A stretch of 64,000 bases of DNA, from assembly GCA_965261545.1 (NCBI GenBank), contig CBDHDF010000010.1, positions 928,001-992,000 on the forward strand, given 5' to 3'. How positions within the stretch are numbered: position 1 is the first letter of the stretch; each line of letters begins with the position of its first letter. The stretch comes from Bdellovibrionales bacterium (GTDB taxonomy: Bacteria; Bdellovibrionota; Bdellovibrionia; Bdellovibrionales; UBA1609). Positions 1 through 9,394 of this stretch are shown here, one piece after another. Below the pieces are notes generated by a model, which saw only the letters and a list, made by a program, of their open reading frames with translations, did no database searches and was not told the origin of the DNA. The position numbers were made by a program, and so were the translations under genes.

Positions 1-779
1 TCTTGAATCTCTCCCAACCCTTCTCCCCAAGGACCATAGACAAGACTGTGCCCAAAGGTTTTGACTCCTCGACTCCCAGGGTGCTGCCCCGATTGAGCCG
101 CAGCAATAACAAAACACTGAGACTCAATGGCCCTAGCTCTAAGAAGGCAATGCCAGTGATCTCGACCCGTAAACTCTGTAAACGCAGATGGCACGAGGAT
201 AGCCATAACTCCCATTTTGGCATACTCGTGATAAAGTTCTGAGAAACGCAGGTCATAACATATAGATAAACCCATACTCCAACCTTGAATGGTCATGGTA
301 GAAGCACTCGTCCCACAAACAAATTGATCCGACTCGCGAAAAAAGCAAACTCCCCCATTTTCTTTCACCCCCACATCAAAAAGATGAATTTTTTTATAAA
401 CACACCGTGGAGAAGACTGAGGGGATAGCCATACCGTAGCATTAACCACGCCACCTTGAGTCTTCAAGGGCACAGAGCCCACATGCATTTGGAAGTTATG
501 TTTATCACAATATTTTTGCAATGGGACAAAAGCTTTGTCGTCAAGCGTTAGACTCCGGGGTATTTGCTCCTTAGAGGTATGAAAATAAAGAGAATTCTCA
601 GGCAAACTCACAAGATCAAAGGAAGATAAAAAAGGGACCTTGGCCAATTGACTTTGAATTTGCTGGACATTTTTACAGACGGAATCTGTCGATGTCATTT
701 GCAAAACAAGCACTTTAAGTGGTTTAAGGGGACTAAAAGGGCTGGAAGAACTGAAAAAAGGATCAGACTCTAGGCTCAT
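1..779 (-). CDS. Carbon-nitrogen hydrolase (nitrilase/Nit family), runs off window edge
   Basis: Manual translation, not in ORF track: LVSLPEN, YKKIHLFDV and GLSICYDLRF (E-K-C triad). ATG at 779 overlaps the upstream TAA. Confidence 0.9.
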   Translation of the reverse strand, partial: MSLESDPFFSSSSPFSPLKPLKVLVLQMTSTDSVCKNVQQIQSQLAKVPFLSSFDLVSLPENSLYFHTSKEQIPRSLTLDDKAFVPLQKYCDKHNFQMHVGSVPLKTQGGVVNATVWLSPQSSPRCVYKKIHLFDVGVKENGGVCFFRESDQFVCGTSASTMTIQGWSMGLSICYDLRFSELYHEYAKMGVMAILVPSAFTEFTGRDHWHCLLRARAIESQCFVIAAAQSGQHPGSRGVKTFGHSLVYGPWGEGLGEIQ

Positions 780-1180
780 TAAGAGTCGTCCGCAGACATT
801 CTTGATTCGCTGGCATCTCGACATTGCCAACCCGCAATACCTAGGTTCTTTTCTACATTTTTGAGAAAATTAAAACAGCTTTCTAAATAGATACCACTAC
901 CAACCTCTTTATCGATACCTCGCTTGGTATAAATCGTTCGGCAACCTTGCTGGTTTCTTTCCACGCGTATGGTGCGCACAAAGAAGTTTTTCTGACAAAA
1001 CATATGGTGAGTTTTTTTTTCTGCAGAAACAAGATTGGGGATCAGACAGGTCAAAAAGAATACACAAAGAAAAAGAAAATAAGCCAAGGGGCAGCGAAAA
1101 TAGACCCGAAGCCAGCAAAAAAAATGGCCAGAGAATACACGCCCCCTTCGGAGATATACCCCATCACTCCGAAGACACAT
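779..1180 (-). CDS. Hypothetical exported protein (start uncertain)
   Basis: Hydrophobic signal-like stretch, then a small Cys-containing domain; translationally coupled to the nitrilase. Confidence 0.6.
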   Translation of the reverse strand: MCLRSDGVYLRRGRVFSGHFFCWLRVYFRCPLAYFLFLCVFFLTCLIPNLVSAEKKTHHMFCQKNFFVRTIRVERNQQGCRTIYTKRGIDKEVGSGIYLESCFNFLKNVEKNLGIAGWQCRDASESRMSADDS

Positions 1181-1235
1181 CCCACCACAATAAATGGTGC
1201 CATGGTTCACTATTTTATTTGCTATTTTTAGCTCC

Positions 1236-1466
1236 TTACTTGCTTTCTTTAGCCTTTTTTTCCACCAGTTTAACATTGGAGTAGTCAATAAACCCCTCTT
1301 TTTTCGTAATGACTCTTTCCTCTTTATCAAAGTGTGTGAGAGCGTGAACGTTTTGCACACATATTTTTAATTTTCTAGGATCAACGGCCAGCACAGCACC
1401 CAAGCGCCCTTTATCTTTCCCCGCAATCACTTTAACTTGATCTCCAACACCTATTTTTAGCTTCAC
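1236..1466 (-). CDS. rplX: 50S ribosomal protein L24 (short form)
   Basis: KOW motif GDQVKVIAGKDKG and EGFIDYSNV. Confidence 0.85.
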   Translation of the reverse strand: MKLKIGVGDQVKVIAGKDKGRLGAVLAVDPRKLKICVQNVHALTHFDKEERVITKKEGFIDYSNVKLVEKKAKESK

Positions 1467-1795
1467 AATGATCTCCTCCCCTTCAACTCCATCTTTTCCT
1501 TGGAGTCACTTACTGATATCTTCAATTTCCTCTTGATACGATTCTTAACCGTTATGGCCCTTTTTGAGAGAAGACTATCATCTTGCTTCAAAATATAGGC
1601 ATCGAAACCTCCCAGATGCTCCAAGTCACGAAGAGTACTCACCGCAATCTTCAGACTGACAAGCTTATTGAGAGCGCAACTGAAAACAGATTTTTTTTGA
1701 ATATTAGGATAAGCCACAGATTTGGTCTTAATATTTGAGTGGCTCACTAGATTCTTTACAACAGGGGACTTCCCTGACAACTCACAACGAGGCAT
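1463..1795 (-). CDS. rpmB: 50S ribosomal protein L28
   Basis: MPRCELSGK..NLVSHSNIKTK..PNIQKK; AGGAG SD before ATG 1795. Confidence 0.92.
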   Translation of the reverse strand: MPRCELSGKSPVVKNLVSHSNIKTKSVAYPNIQKKSVFSCALNKLVSLKIAVSTLRDLEHLGGFDAYILKQDDSLLSKRAITVKNRIKRKLKISVSDSKEKMELKGRRSL

Positions 1796-2026
1796 ATTAG
1801 CTCCTAAAAATTCATGCATTTATATAATATACTTGTTTAGACCCCTAACTATGTACTCAAAAAATGGCTTGTTGTCTATGAATTTTTATTATATAAGTTA
1901 ATTTTCGTAGCATTCTGCTCTCCAAAAGTGCCAATGTGATGGTGATGCCAACAATGAATGAAGTGGTGAATGGGCAGTGAAAGCAAACCAGAAAACTAAA
2001 GAAAACTAAAAAATAAGGAGATTTCG

Positions 2027-2317
2027 ATGAAAAGGGAAGAAGTATCCAACAAAAAAAACGTGAAATCTAAGTTTAGAGCTGAATTTCCCGGTGACTTCAC
2101 TTTTGACTACAAGGACCCTGTCACCCTATCTCGCTTTATCATGGAAGGGGGTAAGATTATCCCCCAAAGAGTGAGTAAGTTAAGCTCTTCTCAACAAAGC
2201 CGAATAACGCAATCCATCAAAAGGGCCCGAAACCTTGCCCTCTTACCCTTGGGAGCCATAGCCTATAACAACTTTGGGCGCCCTGAGCAAATTTCAGCCA
2301 AGCCCTTTGAAATCTGA
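2027..2317 (+). CDS. rpsR: 30S ribosomal protein S18
   Basis: DYKD..L.RFI..GGKIIP.R..IKRAR.LALLP; AAGGAG SD. Confidence 0.95.
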   Translation: MKREEVSNKKNVKSKFRAEFPGDFTFDYKDPVTLSRFIMEGGKIIPQRVSKLSSSQQSRITQSIKRARNLALLPLGAIAYNNFGRPEQISAKPFEI

Positions 2318-2426
2318 AACTGCGGCGGCAAGCAAAGCCAGGTAAAAAAGCTTGTTGGGCACAAGTGAGGCTCGATGGACAAGATGAGATCAACAGGGCG
2401 GGGCTTGTTGAGCAAGAGGACGAAGT

Positions 2427-2939
2427 TTACTGGGCAAAATTATAGATGTCTTTGTAATTTCTTCCGAGTTCATCGAAATCTAGTCCATAACCAATGACAA
2501 ATCGGTCTTCAATGGCCCTCCCAATGTAATCAGCTTTAATAGGCAACTCTCGGCGAGATGGTTTATCGAGGAGAGCTACAATTTTAAGGCTAGCAGGATG
2601 GGAGGCTAGAAGCCTTGTTCTTAAAAAATTGAGAGTGCGGCCGGCATCAATAATGCCTGCCACAACCAGAACATGTTGACCTGTAATATTGACGGAAATA
2701 TCCTTTAACATCCTAACATTGAACTTCTCTGCGGAGCAGAGATGTACAAAGTCAATGATCTGGGGCCTCTTTATCTTTTTCATCAAATCGGCACAAAATA
2801 TCACAGATCCCTTTAGAGGACAAATCACAACAAGCTCTTCCCCTTCGTAATCAGCCTCGATTTCTCGTGCTAATTTAGCAACAATTCTATTGAGTTCCTC
2901 AGATTTGATAAAAGGAATCATTTTATCTTTTAATTGCAT
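2427..2939 (-). CDS. hpt: Hypoxanthine phosphoribosyltransferase-like protein
   Basis: LKGSVIF.ADL, LLDKPSRR, FVIGYGLD; PRPP motif altered to VVAGIIDAGRTL. Confidence 0.85.
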   Translation of the reverse strand: MQLKDKMIPFIKSEELNRIVAKLAREIEADYEGEELVVICPLKGSVIFCADLMKKIKRPQIIDFVHLCSAEKFNVRMLKDISVNITGQHVLVVAGIIDAGRTLNFLRTRLLASHPASLKIVALLDKPSRRELPIKADYIGRAIEDRFVIGYGLDFDELGRNYKDIYNFAQ

Positions 2940-3008
2940 AAAAATGCCTCTACGTAGCAGCGCAATGGGGAAAGCCCCTATACCCATATAAGGTCATTGT
3001 TATTTACC

Positions 3009-3779
3009 TCATATCCTATAAGTATGTATCACATCTATAGATTGTGTCAGCCTTAAATATTCTTTTGCTTGATGATTATATGGATCACTCTGAAGCACTC
3101 GCTCCCACTGAAAAATCGCCTCAGGAACTTGATGAAAATCATAATAGAGTTTTCCAAGTTTCAAGCGTGCCTCAGAAAATTGAGGATATTTTTTACAAAG
3201 AACCCTTAAGAGATCCATGGCCCTTTCCTGATGACCCTCCTGAAGGTGACACTCAACAATCTTCAGCGTAATTTCGGCCTTACCCTTAGAAAGATTTAGG
3301 GCCTTCTCAAACTGTTCCAAGGCGTCAGTGAAGCCACTAGCTTGACAGTAAAGGTCTCCTAACTCCAAATGTTTGCTTAAAATATTTTCATTGAGCTTGG
3401 GGTCCACGGCCTTTCGCTGGCCAAGAATCGCTTGAGCCTTATGAAAAACCTTTTGCCCTTCCTCGTACCTTCCCAAGTCATTAAGGATAATACTCAACCC
3501 AATACTTGCATCCGTCAGTGAGGGATCTATTTCGAGGGCTCTTTTAAAAGTACGAATAGCTTTATTAAATTTTCCATGATTATAGTAAATAGTGCCAAGC
3601 ATATGAAAAACGAGAGCGTTCTTACAACCTCTTACAGCCATCTGGCTAAGAATCGGTTCAGCTTTGGCATAATCGTTGGCTTTAAAATATCTTTCAGCAC
3701 TTTCAAAGAGTTCATTTTCATTGGAAAACCTCTGGGAGATATTTTGTGGAGTCTCATTGATTGAGTTGCTATTGGTCAT
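3009..3779 (-). CDS. TPR repeat protein
   Basis: Multiple TPR-like repeats (LGTIYYNHGKFNKAIRTFKRALEIDP). Confidence 0.85.
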   Translation of the reverse strand: MTNSNSINETPQNISQRFSNENELFESAERYFKANDYAKAEPILSQMAVRGCKNALVFHMLGTIYYNHGKFNKAIRTFKRALEIDPSLTDASIGLSIILNDLGRYEEGQKVFHKAQAILGQRKAVDPKLNENILSKHLELGDLYCQASGFTDALEQFEKALNLSKGKAEITLKIVECHLQEGHQERAMDLLRVLCKKYPQFSEARLKLGKLYYDFHQVPEAIFQWERVLQSDPYNHQAKEYLRLTQSIDVIHTYRI

Positions 3780-4528
3780 TGTTTGGTTACTTCCTTTGCC
3801 TTTGTGAACTCATTGGACTTTGGAAATTCTTTTCCAAGCCTTTCAAGATAACTCTTAGATTGAATCAAATCTTTATCTCTATAAGCACTGATAGTGGCGC
3901 CGTAGAGAGCCCTACGATTATACCCCAAACTAGGGTACTCTCTCACAATACGAGCGTATCGTCCATGAGCGCTTTTAAACATTTTTCGATGAAAATAGAA
4001 GTCAGCAATATACAAATGCTTCTTTGCTATCCACTTTTTGAGTAACCTTTTATGCTCCTTAGAAGAATTGTGGTAGTCGCTCTGAGGGTAAGACCTTATA
4101 ACCTCATCAAAATAGAGAAGAGCTCGCTGGGCCAAGTGAAAGTCGCGGTCGACAAAGTCAGGCAATTGCTTAACAAGGCTCATGGCCACACGAAAAGTTA
4201 CATAGTCAATTCTTTTATGTCTAGGGTGGAGTTCTTTAAATAATTTGTAGGCGGACTCAGCCTCCACCCAAGCCTTCTTCTCAAAATGAATGTCAGCGAT
4301 ATGTAGATCCGCCTCCGTGGCAATATCGCTATAGGGATTCTTGACTTTGACATTTCTTAGACTAGTGAGGGCCTCCTCATAACGTCCTTGGGCTCGAAGT
4401 CTGTCAGCTTGCTGAAGGACCCCTTGAGGTGTCGAAGTATCAATATCTTGACTTACCGCACAACTCGCGAGACTTAAAGACAGGAATATAAGCAGTGTCG
4501 TGACCGTAACGGTGGGGTGAAGCCCCAT
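3776..4528 (-). CDS. bamD: Outer membrane protein assembly lipoprotein BamD (start uncertain)
   Basis: Lipobox LASC, TPR-like body, DRD motif, IADFYF..A.GRY C-terminus. Confidence 0.85.
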   Translation of the reverse strand: MGLHPTVTVTTLLIFLSLSLASCAVSQDIDTSTPQGVLQQADRLRAQGRYEEALTSLRNVKVKNPYSDIATEADLHIADIHFEKKAWVEAESAYKLFKELHPRHKRIDYVTFRVAMSLVKQLPDFVDRDFHLAQRALLYFDEVIRSYPQSDYHNSSKEHKRLLKKWIAKKHLYIADFYFHRKMFKSAHGRYARIVREYPSLGYNRRALYGATISAYRDKDLIQSKSYLERLGKEFPKSNEFTKAKEVTKQ

Positions 4529-4684
4529 GAATCGCACTATAAGAAGATGCCATAAAAAGCATATCATGTGAGCCACATTACTAGATGCAAGAAAAAATGG
4601 CAAGCAGAGAAGCTCTCAGTTTCACCATATCCATAAATCTTAGGAGATTTATAATCCCCACCCCAGGATCCACTTCACCACCTC

Positions 4685-5746
4685 TCACTTCAAAATATAA
4701 CTTTTCAGAGATTTTTCAGGTTTTTTTGTATCTTCGAGGGTCTTGAGATATTCGATCATCTTAAGGAAGTTTTTTCCCATTTTGACATAAAGTTTCTCAA
4801 AATCTGACAAGTCACTGATATAAGTTTCATAGGAAAGTAACTTGGCATTATTGAGTTTCCATTTTAGAAAATAATCATAACTATGACCTTGAAGTTTTGG
4901 GTGAAGGTTTCTGTGAAATCGAATTTGAATAGCCTTAAGCCTTTGAGACTTAGACGCTTTTGTGAGAGTATTCTTATTTTTACGATACCATACCTTAAGC
5001 TCTTTGATTTCTTTGGAGATAAACTCCGAGAAAAGTCGGCGGTCATGGTTTTCATTTTCAATGATTTTCAATATTGGTGAGTCAAGGCTATCCTTTTGTT
5101 TGTAGAAAATTTCTGTGCCTATATCACCTATGAAAGAAGCCAAACGCTCATTAAAATCGGCATGCTCCTTAATAAATATGGTGGTGTGCACAGTTTCATG
5201 AATGATTGTATTGACTAGTTTATGGTCGGAGTAGGACAGCATGGAGGAAAGAATGGGGTCATCAAACCAACCCAATGTACTGTAAGCTGCAACCCCTCGC
5301 ACGTAGGTGTCGTATTTTTCCTTTGGGAATGTCTTGGCGGCCGCTTGAGCTTCTTTTTTAAGGAAATAACCTTTGTAGGGAATTCGACCAATCCATGGAA
5401 ATTTCCATTGATAGGATTCAATTTGATGAGTTGAGGACACGCGAAGCAAATAAGTGACATGGGATGAGTTGAGTTGGACAAAGCTGCTGTAGTTGTCAGA
5501 CTTCTTTAATTTTAAGATATTTTCTGCAAAACTTTTCGCCTCTTGAATGAGTTTCAGCTTTTCTTTGGTTCTTTGAGGAGTTGTGGGAGCCTGGAGAACT
5601 TCCTCAATGGGAGTGCGCTGGTAGAGAAGTTTTGCTTGGTGGTAGCCAACCTTGGCTAAGTAAGTGAAAGAGCAGCCATAAAGCCATGGCATTGTGAACA
5701 GTATAAATATCAGCCTGAAAAGAGTTCTCACTGGAATTGTTCTCAC
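4685..5746 (-). CDS. Putative zinc aminopeptidase lipoprotein
   Basis: LYGC lipobox, PYKGYF, AYSTLGWFDDP, HETVH..NE zinc motif. Confidence 0.85.
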   Translation of the reverse strand: MRTIPVRTLFRLIFILFTMPWLYGCSFTYLAKVGYHQAKLLYQRTPIEEVLQAPTTPQRTKEKLKLIQEAKSFAENILKLKKSDNYSSFVQLNSSHVTYLLRVSSTHQIESYQWKFPWIGRIPYKGYFLKKEAQAAAKTFPKEKYDTYVRGVAAYSTLGWFDDPILSSMLSYSDHKLVNTIIHETVHTTIFIKEHADFNERLASFIGDIGTEIFYKQKDSLDSPILKIIENENHDRRLFSEFISKEIKELKVWYRKNKNTLTKASKSQRLKAIQIRFHRNLHPKLQGHSYDYFLKWKLNNAKLLSYETYISDLSDFEKLYVKMGKNFLKMIEYLKTLEDTKKPEKSLKSYILK

Positions 5747-5774
5747 TCAAATTTGCCCATACCCATATATCTTT

Positions 5775-6836
5775 CTACTTTGACCGGGCGAAATGCTGGG
5801 GGTTGAGTTCCACTCTGAAGCTAAAGGATAAGTAAATATACCCATCTTCTTCCACCATATCCTGGGGAGGGTTGACGAAAGGAGCGGCTTGCTCAAAGGC
5901 ATCTCGGGCAGCTTGGTCGAAAAATCTTTCTTGGGAGCTATGGACAACGATAGCTCCCATATATCTTCCTTGTTCATCGAGAATCACTTCCAAGGTTGTT
6001 ACTCTGGGGATTCTCGCCATCCTTTGAAGTCTATGGGGGGGAGACCCACGGATAATCTCCCTAAGTAGGTGGATCCAGCGAGGGCGCAACTGCTCCTGTA
6101 GTCTCATGTGAAAGGTGTAATACTCCAGCGAGCCCTTATCTGTATTGAGAGCTGTTATATCGGCCATTTGAATATGGGGATGATGGATGGAGGCGGAGGG
6201 TGGGTGGACGCGAAAATTCAAGAGTCCAGGTGGGGTGATTACAAAGACTTTGCTTTCATCTGACTTCTTTTTTTGCCTTTTGTTTTTCTTTTCTACAGTA
6301 AGCCCCTTTGTCGGCCGCTCCCCTGTTGGTTGCAAGTTGAACTGTAAATTTTCAAGGCTGAGCCATTGTTTAAGATTTTGGTTCGTCAATAAATCGCTCT
6401 TTTTATTTTGAGCAGAAGGAGGGGCCTTGGAGGAGTTTTGGTTGGGGCCATTGAGCCTTGCCAATGTTTCTTTGCGGACACGACGAGCTGTTTTGGATAA
6501 AAGGGGAACCCTCTTTGTGAGACGGTTTGGGAGCTTATCATCAACCTCAGGGTCTTTAATGTAAAATCTTTTTGTATTTTTATCCTTAAAACGAATTTCC
6601 ACCTCCGTAACTTTTAGGGGAGGCCATGGGTTCTTGTGGGGAATAAAGGCCCCCACGAAAGCATGTTTCATAATGAGAACCAGCCCTAGGTGGAGCAAGA
6701 AGCTCACAAGAAGGGGAAAAATCAAAGTAAGTATTTGTAAACAGGAGGCTTTTTTGCAAATTATAAAAAACTTCTTACCATTCATTAAAGGTTTTAAAGG
6801 CTTCCTCTCATTTAAAGGGTCATTTAAAGGGTTCAC
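5775..6836 (-). CDS. TonB C-terminal domain protein
   Basis: TM with SFLLHL; C-terminal SS..FFDQAARDAFEQAAPFVNPP. Confidence 0.8.
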   Translation of the reverse strand: MNPLNDPLNERKPLKPLMNGKKFFIICKKASCLQILTLIFPLLVSFLLHLGLVLIMKHAFVGAFIPHKNPWPPLKVTEVEIRFKDKNTKRFYIKDPEVDDKLPNRLTKRVPLLSKTARRVRKETLARLNGPNQNSSKAPPSAQNKKSDLLTNQNLKQWLSLENLQFNLQPTGERPTKGLTVEKKNKRQKKKSDESKVFVITPPGLLNFRVHPPSASIHHPHIQMADITALNTDKGSLEYYTFHMRLQEQLRPRWIHLLREIIRGSPPHRLQRMARIPRVTTLEVILDEQGRYMGAIVVHSSQERFFDQAARDAFEQAAPFVNPPQDMVEEDGYIYLSFSFRVELNPQHFARSK

Positions 6837-6861
6837 TTCAACATTATATCACAATTCCGAC

Positions 6862-6888
6862 TAAAGTTGAGACATTTTCTACCGATAA
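6862..6888 (+). promoter_or_regulatory. Sigma28 (FliA) promoter candidate
   Basis: TAAA-N15-ACCGATAA upstream of the PilZ gene. Confidence 0.65.
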
Positions 6889-6939
6889 GTTTATTATGAA
6901 TTCATCTGTCGCCTTGGGGGGAGTTCAGGGAAAAATGGG

Positions 6940-7638
6940 GTGGGAAAAATGTATAAAGATAACTTGTTAGATCTCAATAAGTTTAGGAAGAAAAATAGGC
7001 TTGATAAAGAAAGTGGCAAAGAACCACAGCAAATGGTCGCCATGGGGCCGACCCAAGAAAACCCACTTTCTTCCCCGAAAATCAAAACCACTGCGCCGCC
7101 AAAGGCTGTTGGGTCGTCCACGGTGGCGGCAGCGGCACCATCCATTCCTGTTGGGCCGGAGGCTATGCAGTCTACCGTTAATTTCTCCGTGGAAAGGCCC
7201 ATAGAACCCATAGATATGACGGAGCGCCGTCAGAAAATTCTTAGCGATGAGAGGCGGCGTGCAAAAAGGACGATTCTTACTGAGTTTATTACAGCTTATA
7301 TTGTCATTCCCCAAAAGGGCCTACAAAATGTCATACTTTACGATATTTCAGAACAAGGATTGTCTTTTGATTTGGATATAGAATTTGGAGTTTTTAAGGT
7401 CCAAGAAGAGCTTGCCATGAGAGTTTATTTGCATCACCAAACCTACTTTCCATTTTCGGTGAGGGTGACCAACTTAAGATCCATAGAACTAGAGGGAGTA
7501 AGTCGTGTGGGAGTGCGCTTTATGGCAGGCGAGACAAACACCTTAGCCCTTCAGCACTTTGTGAATTTTATTGAAACTGTGAGCTTGAGCTTACAAAGTG
7601 ACTCAGGTGATATCCTTGTTACTAATATCAAAGAGTGA
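6940..7638 (+). CDS. PilZ domain protein
   Basis: ERRRAKR (RxxxR) and DISEQG (DxSxxG). Confidence 0.85.
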   Translation: MGKMYKDNLLDLNKFRKKNRLDKESGKEPQQMVAMGPTQENPLSSPKIKTTAPPKAVGSSTVAAAAPSIPVGPEAMQSTVNFSVERPIEPIDMTERRQKILSDERRRAKRTILTEFITAYIVIPQKGLQNVILYDISEQGLSFDLDIEFGVFKVQEELAMRVYLHHQTYFPFSVRVTNLRSIELEGVSRVGVRFMAGETNTLALQHFVNFIETVSLSLQSDSGDILVTNIKE

Positions 7639-7654
7639 AGTGATGTGAATATTT

Positions 7655-7975
7655 TTAGACATGCTTTTTAATGAGGGAGACAATGTTATCCTTAGGTTGA
7701 TTTCCAACAATCTGCTCCACTTCTTCTCCATTTTTAAAGAGAATCATTGTAGGAATACCCTTCACTCCATATTTTGCCGGTGCTTGGGGGTTTTCATCAA
7801 TATTTACTTTCGTGATGGTCACTTGTCCATCCATTTCAGAGGATATTTCCTCAAGTTTAGGGGCCAAGGCTCGGCATGGACCACACCACTCAGCCCAAAA
7901 GTCCACGAGTACGGGGTCACTGGATTTAAGAACATTTTCCTCAAAACTTGCATCTGTCACAGGTAGTACAGGCAT
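7655..7975 (-). CDS. trxA: Thioredoxin
   Basis: WCGPC motif. Confidence 0.97.
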   Translation of the reverse strand: MPVLPVTDASFEENVLKSSDPVLVDFWAEWCGPCRALAPKLEEISSEMDGQVTITKVNIDENPQAPAKYGVKGIPTMILFKNGEEVEQIVGNQPKDNIVSLIKKHV

Positions 7976-8130
7976 TTTGTCTCCTTTTGGGCAGAATAGA
8001 ATAGCCTAGAGCCTTCGTTCAAATATAAAAATAAATGTAACCTAGTATCTGCTTCCCGGCCAGTCATGTTGCATAAAATCATTAAAGAGAGGCTGCCCGC
8101 TTTCATTCATCAAAGGGGGGTTGACCACTC

Positions 8131-9279
8131 TCATTGAGGGTTTGCACCTTTGCTCCCCATGGAGTGCCATGCTCCAAGGGCAAACAAGCCATTGGGAAGC
8201 CACATGGCCACGGAGGCTGGAAGGAGCCCCTTTTTTGTCATAGCAATCGCTCCAGCATAGAGAACCCAGTAGATCACCATGCTACTTATGCAAATGACAA
8301 GTCCTACAGATTTTCCGCTGCGTTGTTGCACTTTCAGGCCGAGTCCCGCTCCTAGGATAACAAAGATGAGGCAGGCTGCAGAAAGAGCCCAGCGGCGGTG
8401 CAATTCAATGGAGAGCTTTTTAAATGTTTTGGCCTTTAAGTGTTGAGGGTTTTTTAGAACTTGGATCAACTCATGCATATTGTAGGAAAGAGGGGTCTTT
8501 TGCTTGTGGGCAGATGAATTGGGTTCAAAAAGCTGAATATTATTTTCTTTAAAGTGAACTGTCGCATGGGCGTTTTCTGAAACTCTGTGAAAACTTCCAT
8601 CAAAAAGATGAAGGTCAATGAAGTTGCCACCCGGCTCTGTGTGAGAGATCAAGTGTCCGCGCTTAGCAATGATCGTTAATGGTTCTGTACCATCTTTTTC
8701 TTTTTCACTATAAATAAAAACTCCCTTTAAAAGTCCTGTTTCTGGGTCGACCTCATTGGTGTAGACAACAATTTTAAAAAAACCTTCTAAAAAAACTCCT
8801 CCCTTAAGGGTCACATGGGGTTTGAGTTCTTTAAGTTCATGGACGAGAAGCTCCATTTGTCTGTTGCCCCAAGGGGCGAGGTAAAAAGAAATTTGTGCAG
8901 AAAGAATGGCCACCAAGATGCCTAAAATAAAGGCTGGAAAAAGAAGATGAAGCTTTTTTAAACCAAGGGATTGAAAGGCAATAACTTCTGAATCGGCACT
9001 CATTCGTCCATATGTCAGAATGACCGCAAAGAAAAGACTCATGGGCAGGGTGATGGGTAGAAAACCAAGGGAGAAATAGAAAACAATCTGAGCGATGGTT
9101 TGTCCCCCGACATGGTGGGGCAGTATATACTCAAGGAGGTTAAAGAATTGGAAAATGATGGTCACAACAAGGAGGGCAAAAAAAACCAACCCAAGGGCTG
9201 ATAGCATTTCAGAAAACGTGTATCTAATAGCCCGGCGGCCACGCCAAAGATCGCAAAATTTGGAGATCATGATTTTCAA
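8131..9279 (-). CDS. lptF: LPS export permease LptF/LptG family
   Basis: YGRMSADSEVIAFQSLG; 3 TM + periplasmic domain + 3 TM; W.PN motif. Confidence 0.85.
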   Translation of the reverse strand: MKIMISKFCDLWRGRRAIRYTFSEMLSALGLVFFALLVVTIIFQFFNLLEYILPHHVGGQTIAQIVFYFSLGFLPITLPMSLFFAVILTYGRMSADSEVIAFQSLGLKKLHLLFPAFILGILVAILSAQISFYLAPWGNRQMELLVHELKELKPHVTLKGGVFLEGFFKIVVYTNEVDPETGLLKGVFIYSEKEKDGTEPLTIIAKRGHLISHTEPGGNFIDLHLFDGSFHRVSENAHATVHFKENNIQLFEPNSSAHKQKTPLSYNMHELIQVLKNPQHLKAKTFKKLSIELHRRWALSAACLIFVILGAGLGLKVQQRSGKSVGLVICISSMVIYWVLYAGAIAMTKKGLLPASVAMWLPNGLFALGAWHSMGSKGANPQ

Positions 9280-9394
9280 ACTTAACTATAGATTTGCGGA
9301 ATTTACAAAGGAATTTGCAAAGGAGTTTAAAAAACTCCAGTTTTTTGAGGCAATTCGACCTTGACCAAGAATCCCTAAATTTAAATAATAAGGA

